64,000 nucleotides of DNA from Dehalococcoidia bacterium (GTDB lineage Bacteria > Chloroflexota > Dehalococcoidia > SM23-28-2 > RBG-16-64-32). The translations under genes and the position numbers were made by a program. The DNA is taken from the NCBI GenBank assembly GCA_963665775.2, contig CAXXTF010000001.1:160001-224000 (forward strand), in the 5' to 3' direction. The notes below the pieces were generated by a model. That model searched no databases and had not been told where the DNA came from. It saw only the letters and a program-made list of their open reading frames with translations. This document shows positions 29,933-40,322 of the stretch, in pieces (position 1 is the stretch's first letter; every line of letters begins with the position of its first letter).

Positions 29933-30979
29933 CTAGTCGACGATCGTCGCGCGGCGACGCCGAGCGACGGCTACGGTCGCAAAGAAACTTACGACAACCG
30001 CGCCTGCCACGCCACCGACAACCCACGGCAGAATAGAGATGGAGCCGCCGCCGTGAGGCGGGTCCGCAGGGATGATTTCAAGGAATATCAAGTCCTCTGC
30101 CTGGAAGCCCTGTCCCTCCACAGTGACAACCGTTCCAGCGGGCCCATTTGTTGGAGAAACTTCAACCGCGCCGGGGGCGTCGGCTAACTGTGTCAGCATC
30201 CGCTGCAAGGACGGCGATGCCTCGAATACCTGCACCGGGTTGCGGAAGTTGTTGGCCGCGTCAAGAGGCGCTAGGTCGACGAGGTAACCCAGCGATTTAA
30301 CGTAGCGAAGCGACAAGACGCGGCCCTCCGGTAGACGAAACCTCACATCCACGTCGCCGGTATCCTCTAACGCCTTTGGGAGGTCAATCTCCGGATAGTG
30401 GAGGGTTTCCGTTCGTGCGGCAGCAGCCGCAAGCTCCTCCCATAACGCCCGCGCCTCAGCGCCGCCCGGTTCTAGCGGGTGGCCTGCCACCTCGACAGCG
30501 ATCTGCTCTCCGCTACGTATCGTGGCTATAAGCACATCGAGAACTGTCGGTGCGGCAGGCAGGAACCCCTGGCCAGCGAGGGTAATATATCTTTTCAGGA
30601 GTGCATCGCGGCCTTCGTCCAGTGCGAGCCAGACAACATATTCGTTACCCGAACTCACGCGGACGACACCGTGTGCCGGATAGTAGATGGCCTCATCGAT
30701 GTCCACTTCGGGCCAGTAGCCATTGTCCCTCAAGGGGACATTCCAGTACCAAGAGCTAACGAGATACTCGGTTCCAAGCTCGGCCGAAGGGGCTGATACC
30801 TGTGGCGGCGGCCACCACCTGCGCCAGAAGGCCCGGTCGTCCTGAAACGTGAGAGCTATCGGATGGGCCATATCGCCGCCGGATATAGTGGTAGGGAGAG
30901 TTTTTGCCAGGCCAACGTCTGACCCCTCGATGAAAACCAGAGCCACGGCCAGCAAGGCAAGAACAGCCAAACGGAACAT
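29933..30979 (-). CDS. Hypothetical exported protein with a C-terminal membrane anchor
   Basis: Signal peptide; C-terminal PPHGGG, hydrophobic helix and RRRR; AT-richer. Confidence 0.7.
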   Translation of the reverse strand: MFRLAVLALLAVALVFIEGSDVGLAKTLPTTISGGDMAHPIALTFQDDRAFWRRWWPPPQVSAPSAELGTEYLVSSWYWNVPLRDNGYWPEVDIDEAIYYPAHGVVRVSSGNEYVVWLALDEGRDALLKRYITLAGQGFLPAAPTVLDVLIATIRSGEQIAVEVAGHPLEPGGAEARALWEELAAAAARTETLHYPEIDLPKALEDTGDVDVRFRLPEGRVLSLRYVKSLGYLVDLAPLDAANNFRNPVQVFEASPSLQRMLTQLADAPGAVEVSPTNGPAGTVVTVEGQGFQAEDLIFLEIIPADPPHGGGSISILPWVVGGVAGAVVVSFFATVAVARRRRATIVD

Positions 30980-31047
30980 CAGAAGTGGACCGGACCCCTC
31001 TACTAAGCCCAGACTTAGGGCAATTATAGCACAGGCGTTGCCCCCGC

Positions 31048-32172
31048 CTAGCCGCCGATGTACGACATCTCGATCTTCTGCAGGCCCGGAGTCTCGCTGG
31101 CCCGCAGATCGGAGTAGCGGTCGTCGCGGACAGACCAGATGGAGCGCAGGACGGCGGCGATCTCGCCGTCGGTCTTGCCGGAGCGGAGCAGCTCCCGAAA
31201 GTCGTGCCCGGCGGCGGCGAAGAGGCAGGTGTACAGGCTGCCGTCAGCGGACAGCCGGGCCCGCGTGCAGTCGCCGCAGAAGGGCTGAGAGACCGAGGTG
31301 ATGATGCCGATCTCGCCGGCCCCATCCTTGTAGCGGTAGCGGTTGGCCACCTCGCCCCGATACTGGGATTTCGCCGGCTCCAGGGGAAACTCTCGGCCGA
31401 TCATCTCCACGATCTCCTTGGCCGTCACCACCTGATCCATCCGCCAGCCGTTGCTGGTGCCCACATCCATGAACTCAATGTAGCGCACGATGTGGCCGGT
31501 GCCCCGGAAGTATCGGGCCATATCGACGATAGTGTGGTCGTTGATGCCCTTTTTCACCACCACGTTAATCTTGACGGGAGACAGGCCCGCCTTGTGGGCC
31601 GCCTCGATCCCGTCCAGCACTCGCCTTACGGGGAAATCCACGTCGTTCATGGAGCGAAAGACCTCGTCTTCCAGACTATCCAGGCTGACGTTGATGCGTT
31701 TCAGGCCCGCCTCCTTGAGGGGCTGGGCCACGTGCACGAGGCGGGAGCCGTTGGTGGTCAGGGTGAGGTCCTTGAGGTCGGGAATGGCCGTCAGCATCTC
31801 GATTAGCTTGGGCAGATCGGCCCGCACCGTGGGCTCCCCACCCGTGAGGCGGATCTTCTCCACTCCGTGCTGGACGAAGATGCGGGCCAGGCGGGCGATC
31901 TCCTCGTATGTGAGGATCTCCTCTCGCTTCAGGAACTGGTATCCGCGGCCGAACACCTCCTTGGGCATGCAGTAGACGCAGCGGAAGTTGCAGCGATCCG
32001 TGATGGAGATGCGCAGATCGTGCATCGGCCGCCGGAAGGCATCGACCATAGCCACCTGCTCCTGCTGGCCGCCCTCCCGAACCGGGCCGGACGCACCGTC
32101 GGCGCTTCGGGAGCGATCCCGCGCGTTGGCGGACGGCGGTTTCGAGGAGTTAGGCTTTCTCACCTTACTCAT
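31048..32172 (-). CDS. moaA: GTP 3',8-cyclase (true start may be near 32049)
   Basis: CNFRCVYC radical SAM motif, FCGDCTRARL...C, C-terminal MSYIGG. Confidence 0.96.
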   Translation of the reverse strand: MSKVRKPNSSKPPSANARDRSRSADGASGPVREGGQQEQVAMVDAFRRPMHDLRISITDRCNFRCVYCMPKEVFGRGYQFLKREEILTYEEIARLARIFVQHGVEKIRLTGGEPTVRADLPKLIEMLTAIPDLKDLTLTTNGSRLVHVAQPLKEAGLKRINVSLDSLEDEVFRSMNDVDFPVRRVLDGIEAAHKAGLSPVKINVVVKKGINDHTIVDMARYFRGTGHIVRYIEFMDVGTSNGWRMDQVVTAKEIVEMIGREFPLEPAKSQYRGEVANRYRYKDGAGEIGIITSVSQPFCGDCTRARLSADGSLYTCLFAAAGHDFRELLRSGKTDGEIAAVLRSIWSVRDDRYSDLRASETPGLQKIEMSYIGG

Positions 32173-32767
32173 GTATCAGTTCCCTCAGCACCTGCGCGGC
32201 CAGCGCAGCGGCCCTGCCCCGGTGACTGATGAGGTTCTTCTCCTGAGGAGAGATCTCAGCCATTGTAGCCGAGTGCTGCGATACCCGGAAGATCGGATCG
32301 TAGCCGAATCCCCCTTCTCCCCGCGGTTCTTCGATGATAATTCCCTCGACCTCTCCCCGCACGAAGCGGACATCCGTAGAGCCCGGACTGGCGATGGCGA
32401 TGACGCACACGAAGCGCGCCCGCCGCTTCTCCTCTGGTAGCCCCTGGAGCCGCCGCTCGATCTCCTGAAACCGCTCCGGGTAGCCGGTCTCCTCTCCCAT
32501 GAAACGGGCCGAGGCGACCCCCAACGCTCCCGCCAGGGCCTCGATCTCCAGACCCGAGTCGTCGCCCAGGGTAACGAGGCCACTGGCCTGGGCACCCGCT
32601 ACTGCCTTTATTTTAGCATTCTCCTCGTATGTATCGCCAGTTTCGACAGTAGAAAGCTGCATTCCCAATCGCCTGGGCGTCACAACCTGCCAGCCGCAGC
32701 CTTCGAGGAGGGCACAATACTCGGTGGCCTTGCCGGGGTTGTTGGTGGCGATAAGGAGTCGGGGCAT
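32165..32767 (-). CDS. rdgB: Non-canonical purine NTP pyrophosphatase
   Basis: ATNNPGK, DDSGLE, GFGYDPIF, KNLISHRG. Confidence 0.95.
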   Translation of the reverse strand: MPRLLIATNNPGKATEYCALLEGCGWQVVTPRRLGMQLSTVETGDTYEENAKIKAVAGAQASGLVTLGDDSGLEIEALAGALGVASARFMGEETGYPERFQEIERRLQGLPEEKRRARFVCVIAIASPGSTDVRFVRGEVEGIIIEEPRGEGGFGYDPIFRVSQHSATMAEISPQEKNLISHRGRAAALAAQVLRELIHE

Positions 32768-32794
32768 TTGGTCGCCAGGTCTTACGGGACGCTC

Positions 32795-32950
32795 TTAGGC
32801 GGAGGTTACCTTCGCTTCCTCTCTGAGGAAGGTGATCATGCGGCTGGCGATCTCCTCGCCGGCGTCCTCCTGCAGATAATGGCCCGCGCCATGCACAACC
32901 TGGAACCGACCATCAGGGACCATGTGAGCGATCCGCTGCCCCTCCTCCAG
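32795..32950 (-). pseudogene. Orphan C-terminal remnant of an alpha/beta hydrolase (haloalkane dehalogenase-like)
   Basis: VVHGAGHYLQEDAGEEIASRMITFL; starts 1 nt after the fbp stop; no N-terminal domain. Confidence 0.65.
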
Positions 32951-32951
32951 G

Positions 32952-34067
32952 CTAGACCGGGGCGGCGGCCTCTTCTTCCATGGGCTGCCAGCGGTCAGCC
33001 AGCTTGCCGGCGACCACGGGCATGGTGGTGTACTCCATCTCCTCCAGGGGCAGCCGGTGCGGCTCGAAGGGGCCATGGGCGCGCAGGTAGTCGGCGACCT
33101 CATTCGCCTTCGCCCGGACATGGTCGTAGGCGGGGTCATCAAACATGTCGCGGGGGCCGATGAACTTCCCGTTGGCTAGCTGGAAACCCAGGGCCACGAG
33201 GCGGGGCGGCCCGTCGAAGCGGCTGGGATGGGCATCGGCTAGGCTCACGGGCATAAGGGGCCCGTGGTGGGAGCCGCGCATCCACCCTTCGACTAAGAAG
33301 GGGAGGCTGAAGGGCTCCAGCACCTCGCCGACCGCCGGGAAGCTACCCTGGCAGCGGACGATCATCGTCGGGTCGTCCTTCCCCACATAGCGCCCAGCGA
33401 TGAGGGAGAGCTTATCCGTGCTGGAGCAAGCGCCGATCTCGCCGCTACTGCGGCAGAAGACGCGCTTTACGGCGTAGCGATTGGGGGCGCCCAGGAAGAT
33501 AAGCATGTCGTAGATCTCCTCTGGCGCGTTCAGGGTAATCTGGACGTGCTCCCGCACGTCCTGGACCTCAAAGGCGAACCCCTGGTGGAGCCCTTCGGCG
33601 ATGATGAGGCCGGGGGTATTGAAGGGATCGGCAAACATCTTGTAGAGAGGAAAGTTGAAGGCACCGGCGGAGGTCTTATCACCCATGAAGACGATTATCG
33701 GCTCCGACGGACGCTCATCGATCTCCATCTCGGCGGTGCCGGGCCCGGCGCCACGAATGTTGCCGGAGAAGGCGTCTACCAGGATGTCCTGGCCGGCCCC
33801 GTACAGCTTCAGCTTCTTGGCCAGCTCCGTCCCCTTCTGGAAGGTGTCCCAGGCCAGCCGGTGTATCTCTTCGTTGTTCTCGCCCCGGTCGTGGGACATG
33901 ATCAGGAACATGTCGTCGCCGCAGTGGCTGACGTGATAGTCGATGAGGAGACCACGCTGCTTCGCCCCCTCCATCTCCTGCCGGCCCAGATCCAGGATAT
34001 CCGGGTGTGACTCCGAATGCCCAACGTAGCCGCCGATGTCGGCCTTGATAACGCTCAGGGTAACCAT
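32952..34067 (-). CDS. fbp: Bifunctional fructose-1,6-bisphosphate aldolase/phosphatase (class V)
   Basis: SVIKADIGG, LYGAGQD, YVGKDDP, GWMRGSHHGPLMP, GPFEPHRL; TTGACA-N17-TAACAT promoter upstream. Confidence 0.95.
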   Translation of the reverse strand: MVTLSVIKADIGGYVGHSESHPDILDLGRQEMEGAKQRGLLIDYHVSHCGDDMFLIMSHDRGENNEEIHRLAWDTFQKGTELAKKLKLYGAGQDILVDAFSGNIRGAGPGTAEMEIDERPSEPIIVFMGDKTSAGAFNFPLYKMFADPFNTPGLIIAEGLHQGFAFEVQDVREHVQITLNAPEEIYDMLIFLGAPNRYAVKRVFCRSSGEIGACSSTDKLSLIAGRYVGKDDPTMIVRCQGSFPAVGEVLEPFSLPFLVEGWMRGSHHGPLMPVSLADAHPSRFDGPPRLVALGFQLANGKFIGPRDMFDDPAYDHVRAKANEVADYLRAHGPFEPHRLPLEEMEYTTMPVVAGKLADRWQPMEEEAAAPV

Positions 34068-34265
34068 GGACGCACCTCGTTCCAGCTGAAATCTCGCCTG
34101 ACAGGGAGCCGTCCTCTGGGTCCGCAGGCTCTAGCCTTGACCCCGGCAGGGCGTGGACGGATCGCCTCAGCCATGTTACGGAGGAGGGCCGAAGGTGTCA
34201 AGGCGACGCTCCGCACCTCCCCGGACGGCAACACGCGGACAGCAGCGATCCCTCTCGCCGCCCGC

Positions 34266-35003
34266 TTATTCTCGGGCCAGCGCTCTTAGCACCTCCCGCG
34301 CCACGCGACGGGCCGCCCGCCCCCGCTCGCCGTGCTGGGGCGCCGGCGGCCGCGACAAGAGCGCCGACAGCTCGCGGTGAAGCGCCTCCGACCGCGCCAC
34401 GGCAACGGCCTCGTCCAGTGGCTTGAACCCCTGGAGCTTGCGGGGCCCCTCGCGGCCGCCTTCCGAGATGTACCAGTCGCGGAAGGAACGGCAGCCGGCC
34501 TGAAACAGCAGGCGACCCAGGGGCGTGGTCGCCGGCGGGTAGCCCAACGCCAGCAGGCGTTCGCTCTCCCTCTGGCCGGGCGATTCGTACTCCACCATCA
34601 GGTGGCCGCCCGGCGGCACCAGCTCCGAGAGAGAGCGAAAGAGGCGGCGGGCCCGCCCCTTTTCCGCCAGCTCGACGACCTCGCCTTCGAAGGCGGGCGC
34701 CCCCTGGTAGCGGATCAGGTCGATCCAGTTGTAGCCGGGGTAGCGCCCGGCGTTATGGAGGCCCAGGGCCACGAAATCATCGCTCAGACGGCCCCGATCG
34801 TCCGTCAGGAAGAGCTGAAAGTAGCGGGAACCGACATTGTTCTTGGGCCCTAGAAGCACCAGCAGCCGGCAGGCGCCCAGGCTTCGGTCCTGGAGACGAC
34901 CGAGGGGATGCTCCTCGGCCGGCAGCGACCAGCCCCGAGCCAGCAGTGGTTCCAACCGCTGCCGATCAGATTCCCGCAGCCGAAAGCGCGCAAGGGGATG
35001 CAC
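34266..35003 (-). CDS. DUF1122-family protein
   Basis: YNWID, GGHLMVEYES, FRDWYISEGGREGPRKLQG. Confidence 0.75.
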   Translation of the reverse strand: MHPLARFRLRESDRQRLEPLLARGWSLPAEEHPLGRLQDRSLGACRLLVLLGPKNNVGSRYFQLFLTDDRGRLSDDFVALGLHNAGRYPGYNWIDLIRYQGAPAFEGEVVELAEKGRARRLFRSLSELVPPGGHLMVEYESPGQRESERLLALGYPPATTPLGRLLFQAGCRSFRDWYISEGGREGPRKLQGFKPLDEAVAVARSEALHRELSALLSRPPAPQHGERGRAARRVAREVLRALARE

Positions 35004-35064
35004 ACCCCATATTATAACGGACAGCCCGGCGACACCCGATGTTATAATGCGAGCGAGATCTGAC

Positions 35065-36393
35065 GTGGAGTACCAGCAGGCTGTAGACTACCTCCTCTCC
35101 TTCACCGACTTCGAGCGAAGCGGTCGCTTCCAGGACCGCCCGGACGTGCTTCCCATGCTCTCGCTCCTGCGCCGCCTGGGCGACCCCCATCTCGGACCGC
35201 TTACGATCCACGTCGCCGGCAGCAAGGGGAAGGGCAGCGTGGCGGCGATGCTGGACGGCGTACTCCGCGCCGCCGGCTTGGCCAGCGGCCTCTACACTAG
35301 CCCCCATCTCCACTCCTACTGCGAGCGTATCCGCCTGAACGGCGAGCCGATTGCGGAGGAGCGCTTCGCCCGCCTCACGGAACGGCTGCAGCCGGTGGCC
35401 GAGAGCGAGCGGCGGGCCGGCGGCGGCAGGCAGTTGGTCACTTTCGACCTGCTGACGGCGCTGGCCTTCCTGGCCTTCCGCGAGCGGGAAATGCAGGTTC
35501 AGGTGCTGGAGGTGGGCCTGGGCGGACGAGTCGACAGCACCAACGTTTTCGAGGAGAAGGATATCTGCGTTATCACCCCGATCAGCCTGGAGCACACGGC
35601 GATCCTGGGCGACACGGTCGAGAAGATCGCCCAAGAAAAGGCGGCCATCATTCGCCCCGGTTCGACGGTGGTGCTGGCGCCGCAAGCCCACGAAGAGGCC
35701 GCCCGTGTCGTGCGCCGGGCGGCGGCCGAGGCGGGCGCTTCCCTGGTGGAGGTGGCCTGCCACTATCGCTGGCAGCACCTCTCCCACGACCGGCGAGGCC
35801 AGCTGTTTCGCCTGGACGGGCCCCATGACACCCTCCAGATCAGGCTCCCCCTACTGGGTGAGCACCAGATGGAGAACGCCGCCACCGCCGTGGCCGGCAC
35901 GGCCGCACTGCGCCAGCGCGGCTGCCCTGTCCCGTCGGAGGCCATCGTCCGGGGCCTGGCTGGCGTCTCCTGGCCGGGCCGGCTGGAGGTACTGGCAGAA
36001 CGCCCGCTGATCATCGCCGACGGCGCCCATAACCGAGACTCGGCGCGGCGGCTTCGGCAGGCCCTGGACGACTACTTCGCCTGCCGGCGGGCGTTCTTCA
36101 TTATCGGGACATCGACCGACAAGGAGGTGGACAGCCTGGCGGAAGAGCTGGCGCCGGTGGCCGCTCGCGTGGTCGTGACCCAGGCCCGGCACCCGCGGGC
36201 GATGCCGCCGGAGCAGATAGCCACCGCCTTCGCCAGGCTGGGAGTGGAAACGGAGACGGCGGCGACGGTGGAAGCGGCCCTGGACGGAGCGGTAGCGGCA
36301 GGAGAGGAGCAAGCGGTAATATGTTTGACGGGCTCCCTTTTCCTGGTGGCCGAGGCTCGGGAGCTTCTCCTGGGAGTTACGGTACAGAGATAG
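35065..36393 (+). CDS. folC: Folylpolyglutamate synthase / dihydrofolate synthase
   Basis: IHVAGSKGKGS, YTSPHL, EVGLGGRVDSTN, WPGRLE, DGAHN. Confidence 0.95.
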   Translation: MEYQQAVDYLLSFTDFERSGRFQDRPDVLPMLSLLRRLGDPHLGPLTIHVAGSKGKGSVAAMLDGVLRAAGLASGLYTSPHLHSYCERIRLNGEPIAEERFARLTERLQPVAESERRAGGGRQLVTFDLLTALAFLAFREREMQVQVLEVGLGGRVDSTNVFEEKDICVITPISLEHTAILGDTVEKIAQEKAAIIRPGSTVVLAPQAHEEAARVVRRAAAEAGASLVEVACHYRWQHLSHDRRGQLFRLDGPHDTLQIRLPLLGEHQMENAATAVAGTAALRQRGCPVPSEAIVRGLAGVSWPGRLEVLAERPLIIADGAHNRDSARRLRQALDDYFACRRAFFIIGTSTDKEVDSLAEELAPVAARVVVTQARHPRAMPPEQIATAFARLGVETETAATVEAALDGAVAAGEEQAVICLTGSLFLVAEARELLLGVTVQR

Positions 36394-36412
36394 CATCTGG
36401 GAGGTGGGCGGC

Positions 36413-37678
36413 ATGGCCAATAGGGCAGCAAGCAGCAATGGCGTCCGCGCGGTGGTCACCGGCATGGGCGCCTTTACACCGCTGGGCAACTCTGTGTCCG
36501 AGTTCTGGCAGGGTTGCCTGGAGGGCCGGTCCGGGATAGGCCCCGTGAGCTTATTCGACGCTTCCAGTTATCCGTCTCGAATTACCGGTGAGGTGCGTGG
36601 GTTCGACCCCCAGGACTACATGGACCGTCGCGACGCCCGCCGTATGGCCCGCTTCAGCCAGTTTGCCGTGGCTGCCGCTCGCGAGGCCATTCAGGACGCC
36701 GAGCTAAAGCTGGATCGAGTTGACGAAGGCCGCGTAGGAGTGGTCCTGGGAAACGGTATCGGCGGCCTGGGCGATTCCCAAGAGGCGGCCGATATCATCC
36801 GAGACAAGGGCGGAATGCGCATAGACCCCTTCTTCCTACCCAAGATGCTTCCCAATATGGCCGCTGCCCAGCTCAGCCTGACCTTCGGCATCAAAGGCTA
36901 CTCCAACACGGTAGCCACGGCCTGCGCCGCCGGCACCCAGGCGATCGGCGACGCCATGGACATCATCCGCGCCGGACGCGCCGATGTGGTGATCACCGGC
37001 GGCGCCGAGGCCGCCCTCTGTGAGCTGGGCCTCTCCGGCTTCGCTGTCATACGGGCCCTCTCTACCCGCAACGACGAGCCGGAGAGGGCGAGCCGCCCCT
37101 TCGACGCCGACCGGGACGGCTTCGTGGCCGCGGAGGGAGCGGCCATTTTCATACTGGAGAGCCTGGAACACGCCCAGCGCCGCAACGCTCACATCCTGGC
37201 CGAGCTGGCTGGCTTCGGGGCCTGCAACGACGCCTACCACCTGACGGCTCCCAGCGCCGATGGCGAGGGCGCCGTTCGCGCCATGCAGTGGGCCCTGGAC
37301 GACGCCGGCGTGGCCCCAGGCGATGTAGACTACATCAATGCCCATGGCACGTCCACCAAGCTCAACGATGCCGCAGAAACCATGGCCATTAAGAAGGTCT
37401 TCGGGGAAATATCATACCGGATCCCCATCAGCGCCACCAAATCGATGGTGGGCCACTCCTTCGGAGCCTCCGGGGCGATAGAGGTCGTGGCCTGCATTCA
37501 GACTCTTCGCACCGGCACCATCCACCCTACGGTCAATTACGAGAGCCCGGACCCGGATTGCGACCTGGACTACGTGCCCAACCAGTCCCGTGCCGCCGAC
37601 GTATCGGTAATCCTCAAGAACAGCTTTGGCTTCGGCGGGCAGAACGCCTGCCTCGTCTTCAAGCGGTCCGAACAGTGA
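36413..37678 (+). CDS. fabF: Beta-ketoacyl-ACP synthase II
   Basis: TACAAG, YINAHGTST, KSMVGHS, NSFGFGGQN. Confidence 0.95.
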   Translation: MANRAASSNGVRAVVTGMGAFTPLGNSVSEFWQGCLEGRSGIGPVSLFDASSYPSRITGEVRGFDPQDYMDRRDARRMARFSQFAVAAAREAIQDAELKLDRVDEGRVGVVLGNGIGGLGDSQEAADIIRDKGGMRIDPFFLPKMLPNMAAAQLSLTFGIKGYSNTVATACAAGTQAIGDAMDIIRAGRADVVITGGAEAALCELGLSGFAVIRALSTRNDEPERASRPFDADRDGFVAAEGAAIFILESLEHAQRRNAHILAELAGFGACNDAYHLTAPSADGEGAVRAMQWALDDAGVAPGDVDYINAHGTSTKLNDAAETMAIKKVFGEISYRIPISATKSMVGHSFGASGAIEVVACIQTLRTGTIHPTVNYESPDPDCDLDYVPNQSRAADVSVILKNSFGFGGQNACLVFKRSEQ

Positions 37679-37731
37679 CATCCGGGCCCCGTGACTCTTC
37701 GCCGACTGCTCCGCCCCCGGAACCGTAGACG

Positions 37732-38709
37732 ATGAGGCTCCTTGTCGTCGGCGGCGCCGGTTATATCGGCAGCGTGACCGTCGATCAGCTCCTGGCCGCC
37801 GACCACGAGGTGACCGTCCTGGACAGCCTTGTCTCCGGCCACCGCCAGGCCATCAACCCAGAGGCCGAGCTCGTACAGGCGGACGTCCGCGACGAGGAAA
37901 ACCTCAACCGCCTCCTGGCCAGCCACAGCTTCCAGGCCGTCGTCTACTACGCGGGCTACATCCAGGCCGGGGAGTCCATGCGGCAACCGGGCCGCTACTT
38001 CGCGAACAACGTCGGCGGCTGTATCGCCCTCCTCAACGCCATGGCCGCCTACGGGGTGGAGCGCTTTGTGTTCAGCTCCAGCGCCGCCGTCTACGGCGAG
38101 CCGGAGGCCGTGCCCATCTCCGAAGAGGCTCCCATCCGTGCCATCAATCCCTACGGCGAGAGCAAGGCGATGGTGGAGCGTATCCTCTCTTGGTACGAAC
38201 GCCAGTCCGGCCTGCGCTACGTCTGCCTGCGCTACTTCAACGCCGCCGGCGCCACCGATCGGTGCGGGGAAGACCACCGTCCCGAGACCCATCTGATCCC
38301 CACCGTCCTCCAGGTCGCTCTGGGCCAGCGGCCTTCCCTCGCCCTGTACGGAAGCGACTACCCGACCGCGGACGGCACCTGCGTCCGTGACTACATCCAT
38401 GTCACGGACCTGGCGGCGGCCCACTTGCTGGCACTGGAGAGGACGGAGAAGGCGAGCGACGTGTACAACCTGGGCAACGGACGCGGATTCTCCAACCGCC
38501 AGGTCGTCGAGACGGCCCGCCGCGTCACCGGCTCGCCCATCAAGGTGACAGAGGAGGAACGTCGGCCGGGCGACCCGGCAGCCCTGGTCGCCTCCTACGA
38601 GCGGGCCCAGCGCGACCTTGGCTGGCAGCCCCAGGTCACCGACCTGGAGGAGATCATCGCCAGCGCCTGGCGCTGGCAGCAGGCCCATCCCAACGGCTAC
38701 GGAGACTGA
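37732..38709 (+). CDS. galE: UDP-glucose 4-epimerase
   Basis: GGAGYIGS, FSSSAAVYG, YGESK, LRYFNAAG, DGTCVRDYIH. Confidence 0.95.
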   Translation: MRLLVVGGAGYIGSVTVDQLLAADHEVTVLDSLVSGHRQAINPEAELVQADVRDEENLNRLLASHSFQAVVYYAGYIQAGESMRQPGRYFANNVGGCIALLNAMAAYGVERFVFSSSAAVYGEPEAVPISEEAPIRAINPYGESKAMVERILSWYERQSGLRYVCLRYFNAAGATDRCGEDHRPETHLIPTVLQVALGQRPSLALYGSDYPTADGTCVRDYIHVTDLAAAHLLALERTEKASDVYNLGNGRGFSNRQVVETARRVTGSPIKVTEEERRPGDPAALVASYERAQRDLGWQPQVTDLEEIIASAWRWQQAHPNGYGD

Positions 38710-38718
38710 CCTCCGGCG

Positions 38719-39309
38719 TCAGCCCAGGGCGAAGGCAGACAGTCGCTGGTAGACAGCGCCGCCCGTCTGCAGGGTGCTCCGCATGAGCGCTAACTCCCGC
38801 ACCTCCAGCTCCGCCCGCGGCACCGGCACCACCGGCAGCGCCTCAGCGATGCGCGGCGCCAGCCCCCGCGCCGACTCCGGTCGCACCCGGGCCAGCGTCA
38901 GGTGAGGGGCGAACCCCCGTCTCTCCCTGGCGAAGCCTGCCGCCGTCAACGCCTGCTCCAGTCGCAGCCGGAGCAGGCCCAGAAACTCCAGGTCACCCTC
39001 CAGATCCACCCATACGACCTGGGGGCCGCGTCTGCTCCCGAAACTGCCCAAGCAGCCCAGCGAGAGCCGGTGCGGCGGCACCCCTTTCACCGACTCCGCC
39101 AGCGCCTCGTGGATGATGGGCAGCTTATCGGATGGCGTCTCGCCCAGAAACTTAAGGGTGAGGTGTATCCCCTCCGGCCGCACCCAGCGCAGCGAGTCCA
39201 GCTGTCGCTGCCGAAGCTGGGCCTGGAGCTCCGCCAGCGCCTCCCGCACCGGCTGCGACAGCTCGACCGCGACGAAGAGCCGCAGCGACTCACCCGGGCC
39301 GGTCGTCAT
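38719..39309 (-). CDS. thpR: RNA 2',3'-cyclic phosphodiesterase
   Basis: RLFVAV and two HLTL (2H) motifs. Confidence 0.92.
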   Translation of the reverse strand: MTTGPGESLRLFVAVELSQPVREALAELQAQLRQRQLDSLRWVRPEGIHLTLKFLGETPSDKLPIIHEALAESVKGVPPHRLSLGCLGSFGSRRGPQVVWVDLEGDLEFLGLLRLRLEQALTAAGFARERRGFAPHLTLARVRPESARGLAPRIAEALPVVPVPRAELEVRELALMRSTLQTGGAVYQRLSAFALG

Positions 39310-40147
39310 CGCCCAGCCGCAGCAACCGCTGCGCGTTCTCACCCAGGATCAGCCGCTGGGCGTCTATATCGGGAACGGCGGAACGGACCTCATCGACCTG
39401 CCGCCGCTGCGAGATGAGGGGGTAGTCGCTGCCCAGGAGCAGCCGCTCCGGGCCCACGAGCCGGCCCACCTGCTCGTAGACAGAGGGCTCGTACAGCGGC
39501 GGCTGCGCTGCCGTATCGAGGTACAGCTGGCCGGCGAAGGCGCGCCGCACCTCTGGCATAGAGGCGTAGAGGGGCAGGCCCCCCGCTAGATGAGCCCCAA
39601 CCGTCGCTACCGTAGGGTGGCGGACCACGAACTCATAGAAGGCAGGCAGCCTGCCACCCTGCTTTCCCGGATAGTCATGGCCCACGGGCTCCGTCACGTG
39701 GAACAGCAAGATCAGGCTGAGGCGAATGGCCAGGCTCGCTAGGGTGTCTCCCTCTGATCCTGGAAGATCCCAACCCTGGCTGTCCGGGCGCAGCTCGCCG
39801 AGGCCTCGGGCGCCGGCCGCCACACAGCGTTCGATCTCCCGCTCGACCCCGGCCTCAGCCATGTTGACTGTGCAGAAGGGCACGATGCGATGCCCGCTCC
39901 GGGCCGCCGATTCCAGGAGGTAGTCGTTATGGCGACGACACAGTTCGTTCTCCCCCCAGGCGAAACCCAGGGCGACACTGACGTCCACGCCCGCCCCATC
40001 CATGCTGCCCAGGAGGTCGTCGGCGGTGGCGATCTTCGCCTTGGGGTCCCCGTACATCTCGGCGAAGGTCGCATCGCGCCGGAGGTAATCCTGCCGCTGG
40101 TCACGGACCTCAGGCGGGAAGATATGGGTGTGGAAGTCCACGATCAC
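39290..40147 (-). CDS. Amidohydrolase-family protein
   Basis: DFHTH, GLGEL, AHLAGG, GSDYP. Confidence 0.88.
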   Translation of the reverse strand: MIVDFHTHIFPPEVRDQRQDYLRRDATFAEMYGDPKAKIATADDLLGSMDGAGVDVSVALGFAWGENELCRRHNDYLLESAARSGHRIVPFCTVNMAEAGVEREIERCVAAGARGLGELRPDSQGWDLPGSEGDTLASLAIRLSLILLFHVTEPVGHDYPGKQGGRLPAFYEFVVRHPTVATVGAHLAGGLPLYASMPEVRRAFAGQLYLDTAAQPPLYEPSVYEQVGRLVGPERLLLGSDYPLISQRRQVDEVRSAVPDIDAQRLILGENAQRLLRLGDDDRPG

Positions 40148-40260
40148 AGGGCGAATGATAGCACCGGCTGTCGTTGCACGGAACGTAAGGCGATACCTGT
40201 AATGACTTCAGCCGGCCCGGGAGCGCCCGCTGCCAATCGCGGCAGCGGGCCGTGAGCTGA

Positions 40261-40322
40261 GATTCTTCGCCGCCCCCAGAATGGCATAAGTTTATGTGTC
40301 ACCCTGAGCGCAGTGAACGGTC
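40261..40322. repeat. Degenerate REP-like element
   Basis: GATTCTTCGC...CAGAATGGCA and TGTCACCCTGAGCG arms of the 22021 family. Confidence 0.55.
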
